The position numbers were made by a program, and so were the translations under genes. A DNA stretch of 64,000 nt. Source: the human T2T-CHM13v2.0 reference genome, Homo sapiens. Location: assembly GCF_009914755.1 (NCBI RefSeq), contig NC_060942.1; one strand, given 5' to 3'. Below the pieces are notes generated by a model that was not told the DNA's origin, searched no databases, and saw only the letters and a list, made by a program, of their open reading frames with translations. Positions 20,309 to 35,414 of the stretch are shown piece after piece (the stretch's first letter is position 1; each line of letters begins with the position of its first letter).

Positions 20309-21524
20309 TAGCCAGGATGGTCTTGATCTCCTGACCTCGTGATCCGCCCGCCTCAGCCTCCCAAAGGGCTGGGATTACAGGCGTGAGCCACCACGCCCGG
20401 CTGGATGTTTCTTTTTATTATTTTTTTAACTTTTTATAGAGATGGGGTCCCACTATGTTGGACAGACTGGTCTTGAATTCCTGGGCTCAAGTGATCCTGC
20501 TGCCTCAGCCTCCCAAAGTGCTGGGATTACAGGCATGAGCCACTGTGCCCAGCTTGTCAACCAGTTTTTGTTCAGCTTTTCAGCATGCCTATCCTACACC
20601 ATTTATGAATCAGCACATTCCTCAAGGGCAAAGAGAGGCTTCATTCAAGAAGTTTCTCTTCCCTCTGAACATTAGCCCCTCAAGTACTGGCTGCTTGGGC
20701 AGCTCTCTCATACCTTTAAACAATTTTTTTTTTTTTTTTGAGACGGAGTCTTGCTCTGTTGCCAGGCTGGAGTGCAGTGGCGCGATCTCGGCTCACTGCA
20801 ACCTCTGCCTCCCCTCCCAGGTTCAGGTGATCCTCCTGCCTCAACCTCCCAAGTAGCTGTGACTACAGGTGTGTGCCACCATGCCCAGCTAATTTTTGTG
20901 TATTTAGTAGAGACAGAGTTTCACCATGTTGGCCAGGATGGTCTTGATCTCCTGACCTTGTGATCTGCCTGCCTTGGCCTCCCAAAGTGCTAAGATTACA
21001 GGCATGAGCCACCACACTGGGCCCAAACAATTTTTTACTTTGCATTTTTTCAGCTTTCCTAGTTGTTCTCTGCAAAAGGATTCATCTACTCACATAGGCC
21101 TACATTTTTACTTAATATAGATTTCGCCATACTTTCCCACCAGGTCTGAAGTTAACCACTACAGTTCACATTTTCTGTTTGTTTATTTTGTTTTGTTTTT
21201 AGAGACAGGATTTTTCTCTGTTACAGAGGCTGGAGTGCAGTGTCACCATCATAGCTCAAGCAATACTCCTCTCTCAGTCTCTAGAGTAGCTGGGATGACA
21301 GACGTGCACCACCATGCCTGGCTAATTTTTTTTGTAGAGATGGGGTCTCTCTATGTTGCCTGGGCTTGTCTCAAACTCCTGGCTTCCAGCAATCTTCCCA
21401 CCCCGGCCTCCCAAAGTGTTGGGATTACAGGCATGAGCCACTGTGCCTGGCCACATTCCTTTTATAGGAAGCTAATATTATATCACACCCCTTTGTTATG
21501 AAGAATAGTCCAAGAAAAAAAAAA

Positions 21525-21577
<53 letters not shown>

Positions 21578-21592
21578 AATCATCTATCTATC
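21525..21592. repeat. (CTAT)n / GATA-type tetranucleotide microsatellite, 13 perfect units then interrupted
   Basis: Direct inspection. Confidence 0.95.
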
Positions 21593-21607
21593 TCACAACC
21601 CTGATAT

Positions 21608-22065
21608 TGTAACTGGCAAAAGGGTCTGGCTGCTCACCGTGTGTAAAAAGAAGCCAAAATAATAACAAGATGTGATAAAAAAAAAGAGAGCGAGACTTTA
21701 TTATCCATGCCAGTAAGGGAAAGAATGAAAAAAATTCTACTTTTGAATTTGTAGAGGGAATGCAGGGGGTTTTAAAGAGAGGATTTGGGCCAGGTGTGGT
21801 TGCTCACGCCTACAATCCCAGCAATATGGGAGGCATAGGCAGGCAGATCACTAGAGCTCAGAAGTTCAAGATCAGCCTGGGCAACATGGCAAAACTACAT
21901 CTCTACAAAAAATACAAAAATTAGCTAGGTATGGTGGCACACACCTGTATTCTCAGCTACTTGGGAGGCTGAGGTGGGAGGATCACTTGAGCCCAGGAGG
22001 TAGAGGCTGCACTGAGTGGTGATGGTGCCACTGCACTCCAGCCTGGGTGACAGAGTGAGACCCTG

Positions 22066-22119
<54 letters not shown>

Positions 22120-22513
22120 GGTTTGGAATGCAGAAGAGGAAGGGGAGCTAGCAGGTGTCAGGTGGCGTGACCTCCTCCAACAGCTTGTCTTGAATTATTG
22201 TTCCATCCGGTGAGGGGGTTGGCGACTTCGTGGCTCGAGGTGTCTGGTCCATATCAGGATCCAGCCCCTGAAGCTTCTAAGGAAATATATGACCAGATAA
22301 GTGAGTATGGTATGTGCTTAACATGCATCTAAGTAAATATGTATATGTAAGGCTTGGGAACATAGAATAGGAAAAGAAAAGGATTGGAGGTTCACAGCAC
22401 ATTCCGAAGCTGTATTTGAAGATGAAAGGAAAGACATACGCAGTTTGTCTCACAGTTGTATCTTGAGATTGGGGAGAAAGGAGGAAAGAAAACAAAGTTT
22501 TAAAACACAGTTT
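21608..22513 (-). mobile_element. ERV1-type LTR remnant interrupted by an Alu
   Basis: Start tgtaactggcaaaagggtctggctgctc..., antisense AATAAA (tttatt) and LTR-like composition. Family not identified. Confidence 0.45.
22067..22116. repeat. (CA)25 microsatellite replacing an Alu A-tail
   Basis: Directly follows ...gagtgagaccctgt. Confidence 0.95.
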
Positions 22514-23414
22514 GGGCTGGGTGCAGTGGCTCACATCTGTAATCCCAGCACTTTGGGAGGCAGAGGCGGGCAGATTGCTTGAGCCCAGGAGTTTGAGACC
22601 AGCAGGGGCAACAGAGCAAAAGCCCACCTCTACCAAAACAAAACAAAATTAGCTCAGTGTAGTGGTGCGTACCTGTGATCTCAGTTACTCAGGAGGTTAA
22701 AGTGGGAGGATCACTTGAGCCTGGGAAGCGGAGGTTGCAATAAGCCAAGATTGTGCCACTGCACTCCAGTGTGGGCGACAGAGCCAGAGTCCTGTCTAAA
22801 ATAAAATAACTAAAAGTGGCCAGGCACAGTGGCTCACGCCTATAATCCCAGCACTTTTGGAGGCTGAGGTGGGCGGATCACAAGGTCAGGAGTTCAAGAC
22901 CAGCCTGGCCAATATGGTGAAACCCCGTCTCTACTAAAAATACAAAAATTAGCCAGGCATGGTGGCGCGTGCCTGTAGTCCCAGCTACTCAGGAGGCTGA
23001 GGCAGAAAAATCACCTGAACCCAGGCAGCGGAGGTTGAGTGAGCCGAGATTGCACCACTGTACTCCAGCCTGGGCGACAGAGTGAGACTCAGTCTCAAAT
23101 AAATAAATAAAATAACTAGGTGTGCGCGATGGCTCATGCCTATAATCCCAGCACTTTGGGAGGCTGAGGTGGGCAGATCACCTGAGGTCGGGAGTTCACG
23201 ACCAGCCTGACCAACATGGAGAAATCCTGTCTCTACTAAAAAATACAAAATTAGCCGGGCGTGGTGGCGCATGCCTGTAATCCCAGCTACTTGGGAGGCT
23301 GAGGCAGGAGAATCGCTTGAACCCAGGAGGCAGAGGTTTTGATGAGCTGAGATTGTGCCATTTCACTCCAGCCTGGGCAATAAGAACAAAACTCCGTCTC
23401 AAATAATAATAATA

Positions 23415-23585
23415 ATAACCAAAAGTATAATTGGATTGTTCATAATGCAAAGGATAAATGCTTGAGGTGATGGATATCCCATTTACCCTGATGTGAATAT
23501 TACACATTGTATGTCTGTATCAAATTATGTTATATACCCCATACATATATACTTACAAAATATATATACTCACAAAAACTGAACA
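23415..23585 (+). mobile_element. L1MA-type 3' end fragment
   Basis: ggataaatgcttgaggtgatggatatcccatttaccctgatgtg is a recalled L1MA 3' UTR motif. Confidence 0.65.
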
Positions 23586-23619
23586 TAAAAACAAAAGAAA
23601 GCAAGCTCGATGCTGCCAG

Positions 23620-24298
23620 GAGAATCTACTGTTTGTTCTAGCAAACTTCTAATGATAGACCCCCTGTTTCTCAGAGCATTAGTAAGAAGGGCTTAAAATT
23701 AAGAATACTTCATTTCTCCCTTTGAGGTATATATATAATTCCTCCAATTCAGAAGTGTCTTTCTCAAGGACCAGAGAGCCATTCCTTTGAAATATAATCA
23801 TCAAAAAAGGATAGGCCCTCTGTCTCCCAGTTGCTGTGGAAGGGCAGAATCCCTAACTTGCATAATTGCCAGCTAGCAGGCACAGCTGGCCTAATTGCAT
23901 TGATACTGACCAACCCTTTGCAATTTTTCCTTTCGCTGACTTTAGCGGGACCTCACTTGTCTCCTCTGTCATTCTGCCTTTAAAAGGCCCAGTCATCTCA
24001 GCACAAATTAGAATGGAGCTTGGGCTTCTCGGCCTTTGGGATCAAGTGCAGAATGGAGTCTGGCTCTTTCTTCTGTCAGTAGTTGCTGAATAAAACCCGA
24101 GTTTTGTGTTTTTGTTTTTCTTGTAGAGACAAGGGTCTCACTGTGTTGCCCAGGTTGGTCTCAAACTCCTGGCCTCAAGCAATCCTCCTGTCTCAGCCTC
24201 CCAAAGTGCCAGGATTACAGGCATGAGCCAAGGCCCTTGGCCAGTAAAATCTGTTTTCACCACTTTAACTACTGTGCAGCTGTGTTTATGTTTAACAG
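23620..24298 (+). mobile_element. ERV1 LTR (MER39/MER34-like) with an Alu fragment inserted
   Basis: gccattcctttgaaat...ctgtctcccag...cacagctggcctaat...gaccaaccctttg, then aataaa and a ...tttaaca terminus. Confidence 0.5.
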
Positions 24299-24711
24299 GT
24301 AATACCAGTGTGGTGGTGGTAGTGATAATAAGTGTTTTAGTCATTACTGCTGTATAACAAGCTACTTGAAAACTGGAATAAAACAATCACATCTGCTGGG
24401 GTGAGAAATTTTGACAGAGTACAGTGGACATGGCTTATCTTTGCTCCTTACTATCTGGGGCCTCAAGTTAGCAATATTTAAAGAATCATCCAGTCCATAG
24501 CTGAGGAGTAGAATCACCTGGAGATGTCTTCACTCATGTCTGAATGCTGGTCAAGATCTCAGCCTCTGGCTAAAACGCTTATACATGACCTCTCTGAGTA
24601 GCTCCTCTGTGATGGCTAGTTTGAGTTTATTTTGACGTTACGGCTGGTTTTTAAGGGTAAATGTCTCAACAAAGTATATGGCATTTTTATGACCTAACCT
24701 TGGAAGTCACA

Positions 24712-24831
24712 AAGGATTTCTTCCACCATGGAATATCAATCAAGGCAGTCATAGTAGTCCACCCAGAGTCAAAGAATTACTTCCACCATACATATCAATC
24801 AAGGCAGTCATAGTAGTCTACCCAGAGTCAA
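24712..24831. repeat. ~60-bp imperfect tandem duplication inside an MLT1-like LTR (~24330-24925)
   Basis: cttccaccat...atatcaatcaaggcagtcatagtagtc(c/t)acccagagtcaa occurs twice. Confidence 0.9.
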
Positions 24832-25246
24832 GGGAAGGGGACATAGACTCCCCACAATGGGTGGAGTGTTAGGATTACATCATAAGAAAAGCACATAACC
24901 ACCTTTGGAAAACAGTCGGCCAGAAAGAACAGCCTTATTGTGCTCCTAAGTTGAATGGAAATTCTTCTACTAAAGGGGTTTTGCCTTTAAGCTTGGGTTC
25001 AGATTTATTTATTTATCATGTCAAGGAAATCCTTTTAGTCCAATTTTATTCTTTTTTAAAAAATTTATTTATTTTTTTTATTTTAAACTGCACCGCCCTT
25101 GGTCCCAGGACCCAGGGAGGCTGGCTTTTTTTTTTTTGAGACAGGGTCTCACTCTGTTACCCAGGCTGGAGTGCAGTGGCACCATCACTGCTCACTTCAG
25201 CCTCGACCCCCAGAGCTCAAGTGATCTTCTTGGCTCAGACTCCTGA

Positions 25247-25447
<201 letters not shown>

Positions 25448-25864
25448 TAGTGAATTTTTTCAAATGCCTTTGTATCATCTATGAAAAGGCAGCAAAGTGA
25501 GGTAATAATGAACGAGGTTGTGGTTGCTCCCTTTGAGGGAGCAGTTTATTCATTCAATAAACATTTTTGAGCAGGTATTGTGTGCCCGGCGCTCTGCTAG
25601 GCACTAGATAAAACATTGAGCCAAACTGAAGTAGTTCCCTGCCCTCAAGAACTTTACACCCAAAATGACCCAGATCCTGTTAACTACCCGAAGTCTGGTA
25701 TTTATGCCAGTAAACACAGAGAGAAGTGTTATGGCCTACTCTCTCACCCCAATCCCAAACAAACCCCATAACCTAACCCTGCAGCTCACTCCTTCCTAGG
25801 ACATTCAATCACTTGTTAGGATCATGTTTGAAGGGCAGGGGGCCGTTGACATATATAATTTTAG

Positions 25865-25878
25865 CCACCAGAGGGCAG
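25865..25878 (+). promoter_or_regulatory. Candidate CTCF core motif CCACCAGAGGGCAG
   Basis: Exact match to the CCASYAGRKGGCRS consensus in apparently unique sequence; occupancy unknown. Confidence 0.55.
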
Positions 25879-27490
25879 TCATATCTTTAAGATACTTTCA
25901 AAGTGAAGGGGAAAAGGACAAAACCAGTCCTTCAAAGGCTATCCCTGGGATTCTGGGGCCAAAGTCAAATCACATGGTAAGATTCGCTCCCAAAAGGACA
26001 AGCCTAGCACTCAAACCACTCTCCTACTTTAGGCCTGGGGATTGCACTCATTTAGCATGAGGCTCTGGTCCCTTGAGGGGAGGATGATACATGAAATCTG
26101 ACAGAAGCCTTGATGAAATAGATCAGAGGGTTGGGTGCCACTCACGCCCGGAATCCCAGCACTTTGGGAGACCAAGGTGGGTGGATCACCTGAGGTCAGG
26201 AGTTCGAGACCAGCCTGGCCAACATGGTGAAACCCTGTCTCTACTAAATATACAAAAAGTAGCCAGGCGTGGTGGTGGATGCCTGTAATCCTAGCTATTC
26301 GGGAGGCTGAGGCAGGGAGAATTGCTTGAACCTGTGACGCGGAGCTTGCAGTGAGCCAAGATAGCGCCACTGCACTCCAGCCTGGGCAACAGAGCGAGAC
26401 TCCATCTCAAAAAAACAAACAAACAAAAACAAAACAAAAAACACACAAACAGAGGGTCTCCTAACCAAAGCAAATATTTCAGAGCATGTAAACTACACAG
26501 GAAGTCCTAGAGGGAGGGGCCAGGGACCCACAGTACTCACTGAAGAGAGTCCCTCAATGAGCTTATTTTATTTTATTTTGTTTTTTATTTTATGAGACAA
26601 GGTCTCACTCTTTTATCCAGGCTAGAGTGTGTGATCATGGCTCACTGCAGCCCAGGCTCAAGAGATCCTCCCACCTCAGCCTCCTGAGTAGCTGGGATTA
26701 TAGGTTATTGCCACCATGCCCGGCTACTTTTTGTATTTTTTGCAGAAATGGGGTTTCGTCATGTTCCCCAGGCTGGTCTCAAATTCCTGGGCTCAAGCGA
26801 TCCACCCTCCTTGACCTCTCACAGCACCCGGCCCTAAATGAGCATTTATTGAGCAATATCTATTCAACAACAAGTTCTGTACTTGGGCTAGAGAGAAATA
26901 GACTTGCTCTGGTGCAAAGAGAAGACTCACTTACACAACATAATGAGAAAGCAAATGAAAGACAATCCTGAGCCAAGCAGTGTCTAGCCAGGATGCCCCT
27001 TCCCTCCATTCCCAGGGAAGCACACTGAGAGGCACCCAGGATGCCAGTTGTTTAGACACAGCATGCAGCCTTCAGGGAGTGTTGCCGGCTTGGGAATGCT
27101 GCCAGAAGCCCCCAGCCCTTCTCCTTCCTCTACCTAGCCTGGTGTGTGGGATCTATTTCCAGTCTTTGGTGTTTGTGTTTGTTTTGTGTTTTTTACTTAT
27201 TTATGTATTTATTTTGCTTATCAGAAGTGTTTTATCAAAGGCCTACATTTCCTCCCCAGTCTGAGGCTTGAGCAGCTTTGTCAAAATTAAGCAAGAGAGA
27301 TTTTCAGGCTCTACCCAGCCTCCTCCCACCTCCACATCAATGAATGCAGAGCCTTATTCTGACTTGAATGAGAATAAGTGAAGGGAAGGATATATAGGAA
27401 GGAAAATGGTTTAAAAATCGCAAAAATGGCCGGGCTCGGTGGCTCACACCTGTAATCCCAGCACTTTGGGAGGCCAAGGCAGGCAGATCA

Positions 27491-27728
<238 letters not shown>

Positions 27729-28165
27729 TCAAAAACCTGCTTCTCCCACAGGGCTGTGAGAATGCACATCCTTAGCCCAAATCTGGCATATGGTCAGAAC
27801 TCAATGAGTGTCAATTATGGGCTCACAATCCCTTACTGGAATTTCCAAAGCCCCCAAAGCTCTAAAACCCAAAGGTTTTTCATAATTCATTTGACAAAAC
27901 CTGATCTGACCTGAATTCATTTGGCAGCAGAACCTCACCTGAACCCCCATTTTGGTCTACTGCAGAACTCTAAGGCGTGTGACTCCTGGGTGTTCCTCCA
28001 GGCGCTGCTTGGGGGTATTATGTTTATGGTATAAGCACCTGATTACCTATCTGAAATCTGGAACATTCTGAATTCTGAAATGTAACTGGCCCCAGGGACC
28101 TGTTTCTATAAGAAACCTAGGTTCTAGATGTTGTTTCTGCTGTTACCTAGCTGTGTGACATTAGA

Positions 28166-29284
<1,119 letters not shown>

Positions 29285-31066
29285 TTAGGGAAGTCTCTTA
29301 ACCTCCCTGGGTCCCAGTTGTGCATCTGTAAATTAGGGAAATGGTTGAACCGGGTCACACCTAGGAGCCTCTCAGGCTCTAGCTTTTGGAGACTCTGTAT
29401 GGGCAGATGCTGAGTGCTGCACCGTTGTGAGAAGGAAGAATCGTTCTCTAATGGGTGAGCAGGCTAGTGCTCTCATGTGAGGGGCTGTGGGTGCCAAGGA
29501 GGTGTGTCGTTGAGGTGGCTGCTGCAAAATGCAGACAGCTGAGGACTCACCCTGAGTCCTTGATGACCCATCTGCCAGCAGGCTAGACGCTGACCACAAC
29601 TGGCACCACGCCTGGCTGCAGAGGCGATCAGCTTTCAAGAGCAGGAAAAACAAATGTCCTCTTTCCCCTGCTCTGTAAGGGACGTGCAACCATGCTGGGC
29701 ATCCATCCCCACCTCTGTTAATTTACTGGGGGGCAAAGGGTCCACTCTGCAATCTTCCTCCCATGATACCTAAAACTCTTGGGCTTGTGACCTCTAGGAC
29801 TGCCCTGGGGAGCTCCTGGGAAGCTGAGTCAGGGAGGGCATCAGGTTTCCTGCTAGCTCTTGGCACACTTCTGAAGTAGGTGAGCTTGTGCTTCTGTGCT
29901 GTCCCACCCAGCCGGTCTGCCAGGTCTCTCTGCTTCCCACACCCGCTGCCGCCTGCCCCAGGGGCCCGGACCACCAACACACCCCAGAGGTGGGGCACCC
30001 ACTGTCTGCCTTCCCTCCCCCAATACTCCCTCACACACAGCTGACACGCTCATCTGACTGGCTAAAGGGATTGTCCCTTATTAAATTCCTTGGGGGATGA
30101 TCTCATTAAGCCTTGTTATGGGTCACTTCTATTTCAGGGAGAATAAATTTGCTGCAATCTATGGGCAGCTAGTTAATTGAAACCTGAGGAAGGGGCTGGG
30201 GGAGGGGAGGGCACGGGTGAGGGGGTGGAGCGAGCCTGAAAGTGTGGGGAGTGCCTGGCCTGGTGATTGCTGAGAGCTGGCTGGGAGGAGGCTGAAGGTG
30301 CACATGAGGGTAGCCGATAAGGAGGAGGCCACAGGCAGTGGAGGGAGAGGGGAGACAAAAGCAGGTGTCAGCTGCAGCCTGATGCAGGGAGATAGCCTCC
30401 TAACTGCCTCCCAGGCCTCTGTGCTCAGCCCTGCCCCAACATATGAGTCCAGGCCAGCACAAAGTGATAAGCACCTAGGCCAGGATGTAGCAACAGAGAT
30501 GGAAAAGAAGGAGATATGAGAGAACTTGGAAACAAATTTGATACAGGGATGAAGGAGAGGAGAGGAAAAAACCCAAGATGACCTTTAAAGATGCTTGGAG
30601 AATGGGGAGAGGCGCCAGCCGGAGCACAAGCCCAACACAGGCCTCTGAGCAATGCCAAGTTTACTGCTCTGCTGTTTAAAGAATCCTTCTTCACCCATTT
30701 CCGAAAAAATGTTTCCTATCTCCGGTTTTCTGGCTCTTCAGCCATTCATCTATTCATGCAAGCATTCATTCGGTTCGTCAGAATGGAGACCTTACGTAGC
30801 ACTCTATCAGCCCCTCTGCTGAATACCGGCAATGCAAATATAGACAAATAGATTTTATAGGCTAAGCGTCTTGAGTCCACCCAGAGCAGTTAGCCACTCC
30901 CAGGAGCTCTTTTCCTTCCATTCCCTCTTTTCCAACAGTTGTGTTGATTTTCAGGATAGCTGCTGCAGAGAAGAGAATTCAAAGATGGAGGAAGGTTTTG
31001 TGTTGGGGATCTAAAGCCAAAGGAACTTGTGACTTTTGGTCATGCTGAGAGACAGGTGACCACTAA

Positions 31067-31295
<229 letters not shown>

Positions 31296-31600
31296 TAATG
31301 CTCTTAGCCTGAATTTTATCATCTGTAAAAGGAGAAATAGGCTTAGATGATTTTAGAAAACTCTTCTACTTTGTATCTGTGCTCTTGTTTTATGGATGTG
31401 AAAGTACTCTGAAAAGTTTGATTTCTACGCAGATGTGAGGTAGTTCTTTATTTCAGAAAGCAATAACAATGCGAGTGCCCACAGGGTGGATATGGGTTGT
31501 GAAATGGAAACTCCATCCCCTACTTCTTGCTTCCCTGTGGAGGGGTCTCTATTGGAGCCACATTCCTGGAGTCTCTCTGGCCTGACTCTCCCGGCAAGAA

Positions 31601-31757
31601 GAATGGTTCCCATCCGGTAATATTTTCTCCACCCAATATTTTACTTGAAATGTCACCAGGAAATATTAATCCCCATGGATCTCATGTCAGCTGCCCTCCT
31701 TTATATTTCAAGACCATGGTGGGAGGTAGAGCATGAAACCAGATCACCTTCTGGTGT
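31601..31757. repeat. Copy A of a 157-bp diverged direct duplication (copy B at 41303-41459)
   Basis: Ungapped manual alignment gives about 27 mismatches in 157 (~83% identity). Confidence 0.9.
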
Positions 31758-34099
31758 GAAGATTTCAAGGGAGAAGTTGAGGTGGGAAGCCTCACCAGGT
31801 ATTCTCTTTAGGACTTGCCTGAGGGTAGATTCTGGGCTGCTCAGACAGGGCAGCGCTCCTGTGACTGGTTGAATAGTCTGTCTACATTTGCTGTGACAGG
31901 AATGGGATAGGAAGTTCATGGAGGCTGCTCATTTGCACCGTGTCCCCCAATCCAGCTTTGATCTGCCATAAAGTTGACATTTAAGTGTTCGCCTGTTTCC
32001 TGCATCTTATTTTTTAGTTGCTTCCAAACTTGAGGAGAGAAAGAGAAAGGGTTATTTATTACACAGGCCCCAACCCTAGCAAGAGAAAAAAAAAAATCAC
32101 AGTCCACGTTATAAGTCTTCCTTGGGATTTTGTTCTTTTTTTCTTTTTTTGAGACAGGGTCTCACTCCGTCATCCACACTGGAGTGCAGCTATATGATCT
32201 GGGCTCACTGCAGCCTCCACCTCCCAGATTCAAGCGATTCTCCCACTTCAGCCTCCCGAGTATCTGGGATTACAGGTGCCCGCCACCATGCCCAGCTAAT
32301 TTTTAGTATTTTTAGTACGGATGGGGTTTTGCAATGTTGGCCAGGTTGGTCTCGAACTCCTGACCTCAAGTGATCCACCTGCCTTGGCCTCCCAAAGTGC
32401 TGGGATTACAGGAGTGTGCCACCACACCCGGCTAATTTTTGTATTTTTAGTGGAGACAGGGTTTCACCATGTTGGCCAGGCTTGTCTCAAAGGAGATTTT
32501 TTTCTTTTTTCTAAATTCCTCCCTTACCCTTGCCTTCTCCACATCCAAATGAGTATCAGCCTCTGGGCACTCATTCCCAAAATGACCTAGTCCTTTCATT
32601 CCACTGTGACATCTTTCCAGAATGCTTTTCCTCTTCTCTATGAGGCAAAATTCTTGTCATTCTTAGAGTCATGGCTCAGAGTTCTCCCCCTCAGTGAGTC
32701 AATCCTTCTCAAGGAGCTCAGGCTGAGTTTGCAGCTTCCTTGTCTCAGTTTCTAGGACTCTATTCTATTATGCTATCACTAGTCCTAATGGGAGGCGACC
32801 TCATGCCCGTCTTACCCAATAGAGCAGACTAGGTTGAGTGCTGTACCTGGAAGTTCCTCTGGCCACATCTATGTCTTCTTAGAACTATTGTGTCTGGGTT
32901 TCCTGGGTGGGGAAGGCAAATGAAACCTCAGCAATGACTGGTATGAATTCTCCTGCCAGGTGGGGGCCTTAAAGTAGAAATCAAATTGATTTCTAGGAAA
33001 TGAAGAAAGTGATGTTTCTTGCATACTTGAGTTGGAGGGCTAGAGTATTATTCACTGCAAATAAATTCTGACCTTGTTTTTTCATGAAATGTTGCTCTCC
33101 TTCTCACTCTTCCACCCTAGAAATTTTGTCAAGGCTTGAATCAGTCCAGAATTTACTCTATTGTTCCCTTACCTGTTGCTTGGAATGTGACCGTTTGGGG
33201 AGTGTGTTTTGTTTTGTTTTGTTCTGAGACAGAGTCTTGCTCTGTTGCCCAGGCTGCAGTGCAGTTGTGCGATCTTGGCTCACTGCAACTCTGCTTCCTG
33301 GGTTCAAGCGATTTCCTGCTAATTTTGTTTTTTTTTATTTTTAGTAGAAAAAGCATTTCACCATATTGGCTAGGCTGGTCTTGGACTCCTGACCTCAAGT
33401 AAACTGGCTGGCCTTGGCCTCCCAAAGTGCTAGGATTACAGGCATGAGCCAGCACACCTGGCCTGGGGAGTGTTTTACCATTCCTGAGACTAGATGGTGA
33501 CAGGTTCTTACAACAGCCTGAGCAAAGCCTGACACAGAGGGGGAACCCCTTCAGTGGATGGGTCCTTCCTGCCACAGACTAAATGTAAATAAAGTCCTTC
33601 TGCTGTGTCTTCAGTGAGGATGGAGAACAGAGGGCTGCTCAAGGTCAAGTTGTATACTTGGAGGCTGGAGAAGAAGCCCCACACAGAGAAAGCCCAGGTG
33701 AGCTGAGCAGGACAGGAAGGATCCTCCGAGACCTGCAGATCATGCCACCAACCAGCACCAGGCCTACATCCAAGGAGCGCAGGGTATCCAGGAAGAACAT
33801 CAGGCCGTACTCTCTCTCAGGCTAGACCAGTCACTTCTATTCCAAAGAAGACTTCTCAGGGCTGGAAGCACCCCCTCCCCTCTGTAGTCCCTCTCTTGTA
33901 CTTGCTGCCCTCCTTGACCTTGGTTCCCTTGGTTTCCAGTGAGCCAAGTGGAGGTGTACTCTCCCACCTCGTCATGTGCAGCCTGCCTGGGAACACAGTG
34001 TCTCCAAGGCTGACTGAGGAGAACAGAACTTGAGGAGAAAAACAGCAGCACAGAGAAGGAAAAACAGAGTGGGGCCTGCGGAGAAAGGAGAGCTCTCAG

Positions 34100-34440
34100 C
34101 TGGGGTTTCCCACAGAAGCAGAGTCTCAGACAAGAGCTTGCACACAGGTCATTAATTTTGGGAATTACCCCAGAACAGGAGTGAGGAACTGGAGAGAGTG
34201 ACCCAAGGAAGGAGGGAGAGCCATTCCAATGTGTGCTGCCTTATCAAGCTCATCTCCAGGGAGGCCGCCTGGGCGTGGTCCACCTGTTTGCCCCTAAAGA
34301 GAACCAAAGAACGAGCTTCAAAATTGTTCGTCTGAGGGAAATAATAGAGGATGTTTATCCACCAGTTCTGGCCCCCTCGGGTCAAGGTTGCCCCATAGGA
34401 TGTTAACTCCTTCTGTCTTCTAGGTTTGTCCACATGCAAT
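34100..34440 (-). mobile_element. ERVL LTR remnant (LTR16-like)
   Basis: gtttcccacagaagcagagtctcagacaag...ttttgggaattaccccag resembles the recalled LTR16 end. Confidence 0.4.
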
Positions 34441-34609
34441 CCAGAGTGTCCCAGGAGGGAAACCCCGGGGCAGGTGATACCTACAGGCAACTGCAACAAT
34501 GACTGGAGGGTAAATGTGGACCAAGGTGTGAGCTGGGGCACCATACAAAAGAGAAGGGTGAGGAAGAAGCTGCAGCACAAAATGGAGATTAGAGGGAAAA
34601 ACGAGGTTA

Positions 34610-35414
34610 GTGGAGCCATCATCATCTGCTTGCCCGATGCACACAGCAAGTCAATATGCCGAGACACCGGGTTGAAGCAGAGAAAGAGGTTTAACTGTAG
34701 TGTCACTGAATGAGGAGATGGGAGAAAACCTCATCTCCATCTCTCCAAGGAATTTGGGGTTAGGGTTCTTAAGGGTTTTGGAGTGGGCAGAAGTGCGGAG
34801 ATCATTGATTGGTGGAAGACTGCAGGCTGAAGTCCTGGGACAGGGAGAGGAATAAGCTGTATTCTCACGGGGATCCCGTTCCTCTGTGGGGATCTTCAGA
34901 CTGGGTGCTGGAATTGGGGGGTCTGAAAAAACCATTTAGGTCGGGTGCAGTGGCTCACGCCTGTAATCCCAGCACTTTGGGAGGCCGAGGCGGGTGGATC
35001 ACTTGAGGTCAGGAGTTCGAAACCAGCTTGGCCATCATGATGAAAACCTGTTTCTACTAAAAATACAAAAAATTAGCTCGGTGTGGTGGTGCTTGCCTGT
35101 AACGCCAGCTACTCAGGAGGCTGAGGCAGGAGAATCGCTTGAACCCAGGAGGCGGAGGTTGCAGTGAGCTGAGATCAGGTGGCGCCACTGCACTCTAGCC
35201 AGGAACCATGGGGATGCAAATCAATTATTAGTCTTATGACCCTAATGTCAGAGATCCTACCTGTAGGCAAAAAGGCAATGCAAATGGTCAGGAACTAGTG
35301 ACTTTTAGCAACAAGAAAGTGGGCAGAGTGCAGCCTGATTAGTGTTTAATTACAACTATATTTCTGTCCAGAACCCAGCATACAATTCTTGTCAGCCTTC
35401 TGGGGGCAGTCTCA
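34610..35414 (-). mobile_element. ERV1 solo LTR (LTR26-like) interrupted by an Alu
   Basis: The minus strand begins TGAGACTGCCCCCAGAAGGCTGACAAGAATTGTATGCTGGGTTCTGGACAGAAATATAG; family name from recall. Confidence 0.55.

Noticed and set aside
34152-34713. 184-aa hydrophobic ORF and overlapping ORFs
   Set aside because: They span LTR remnants, the 184-aa ORF has a non-ATG start, and no domain is recognisable.
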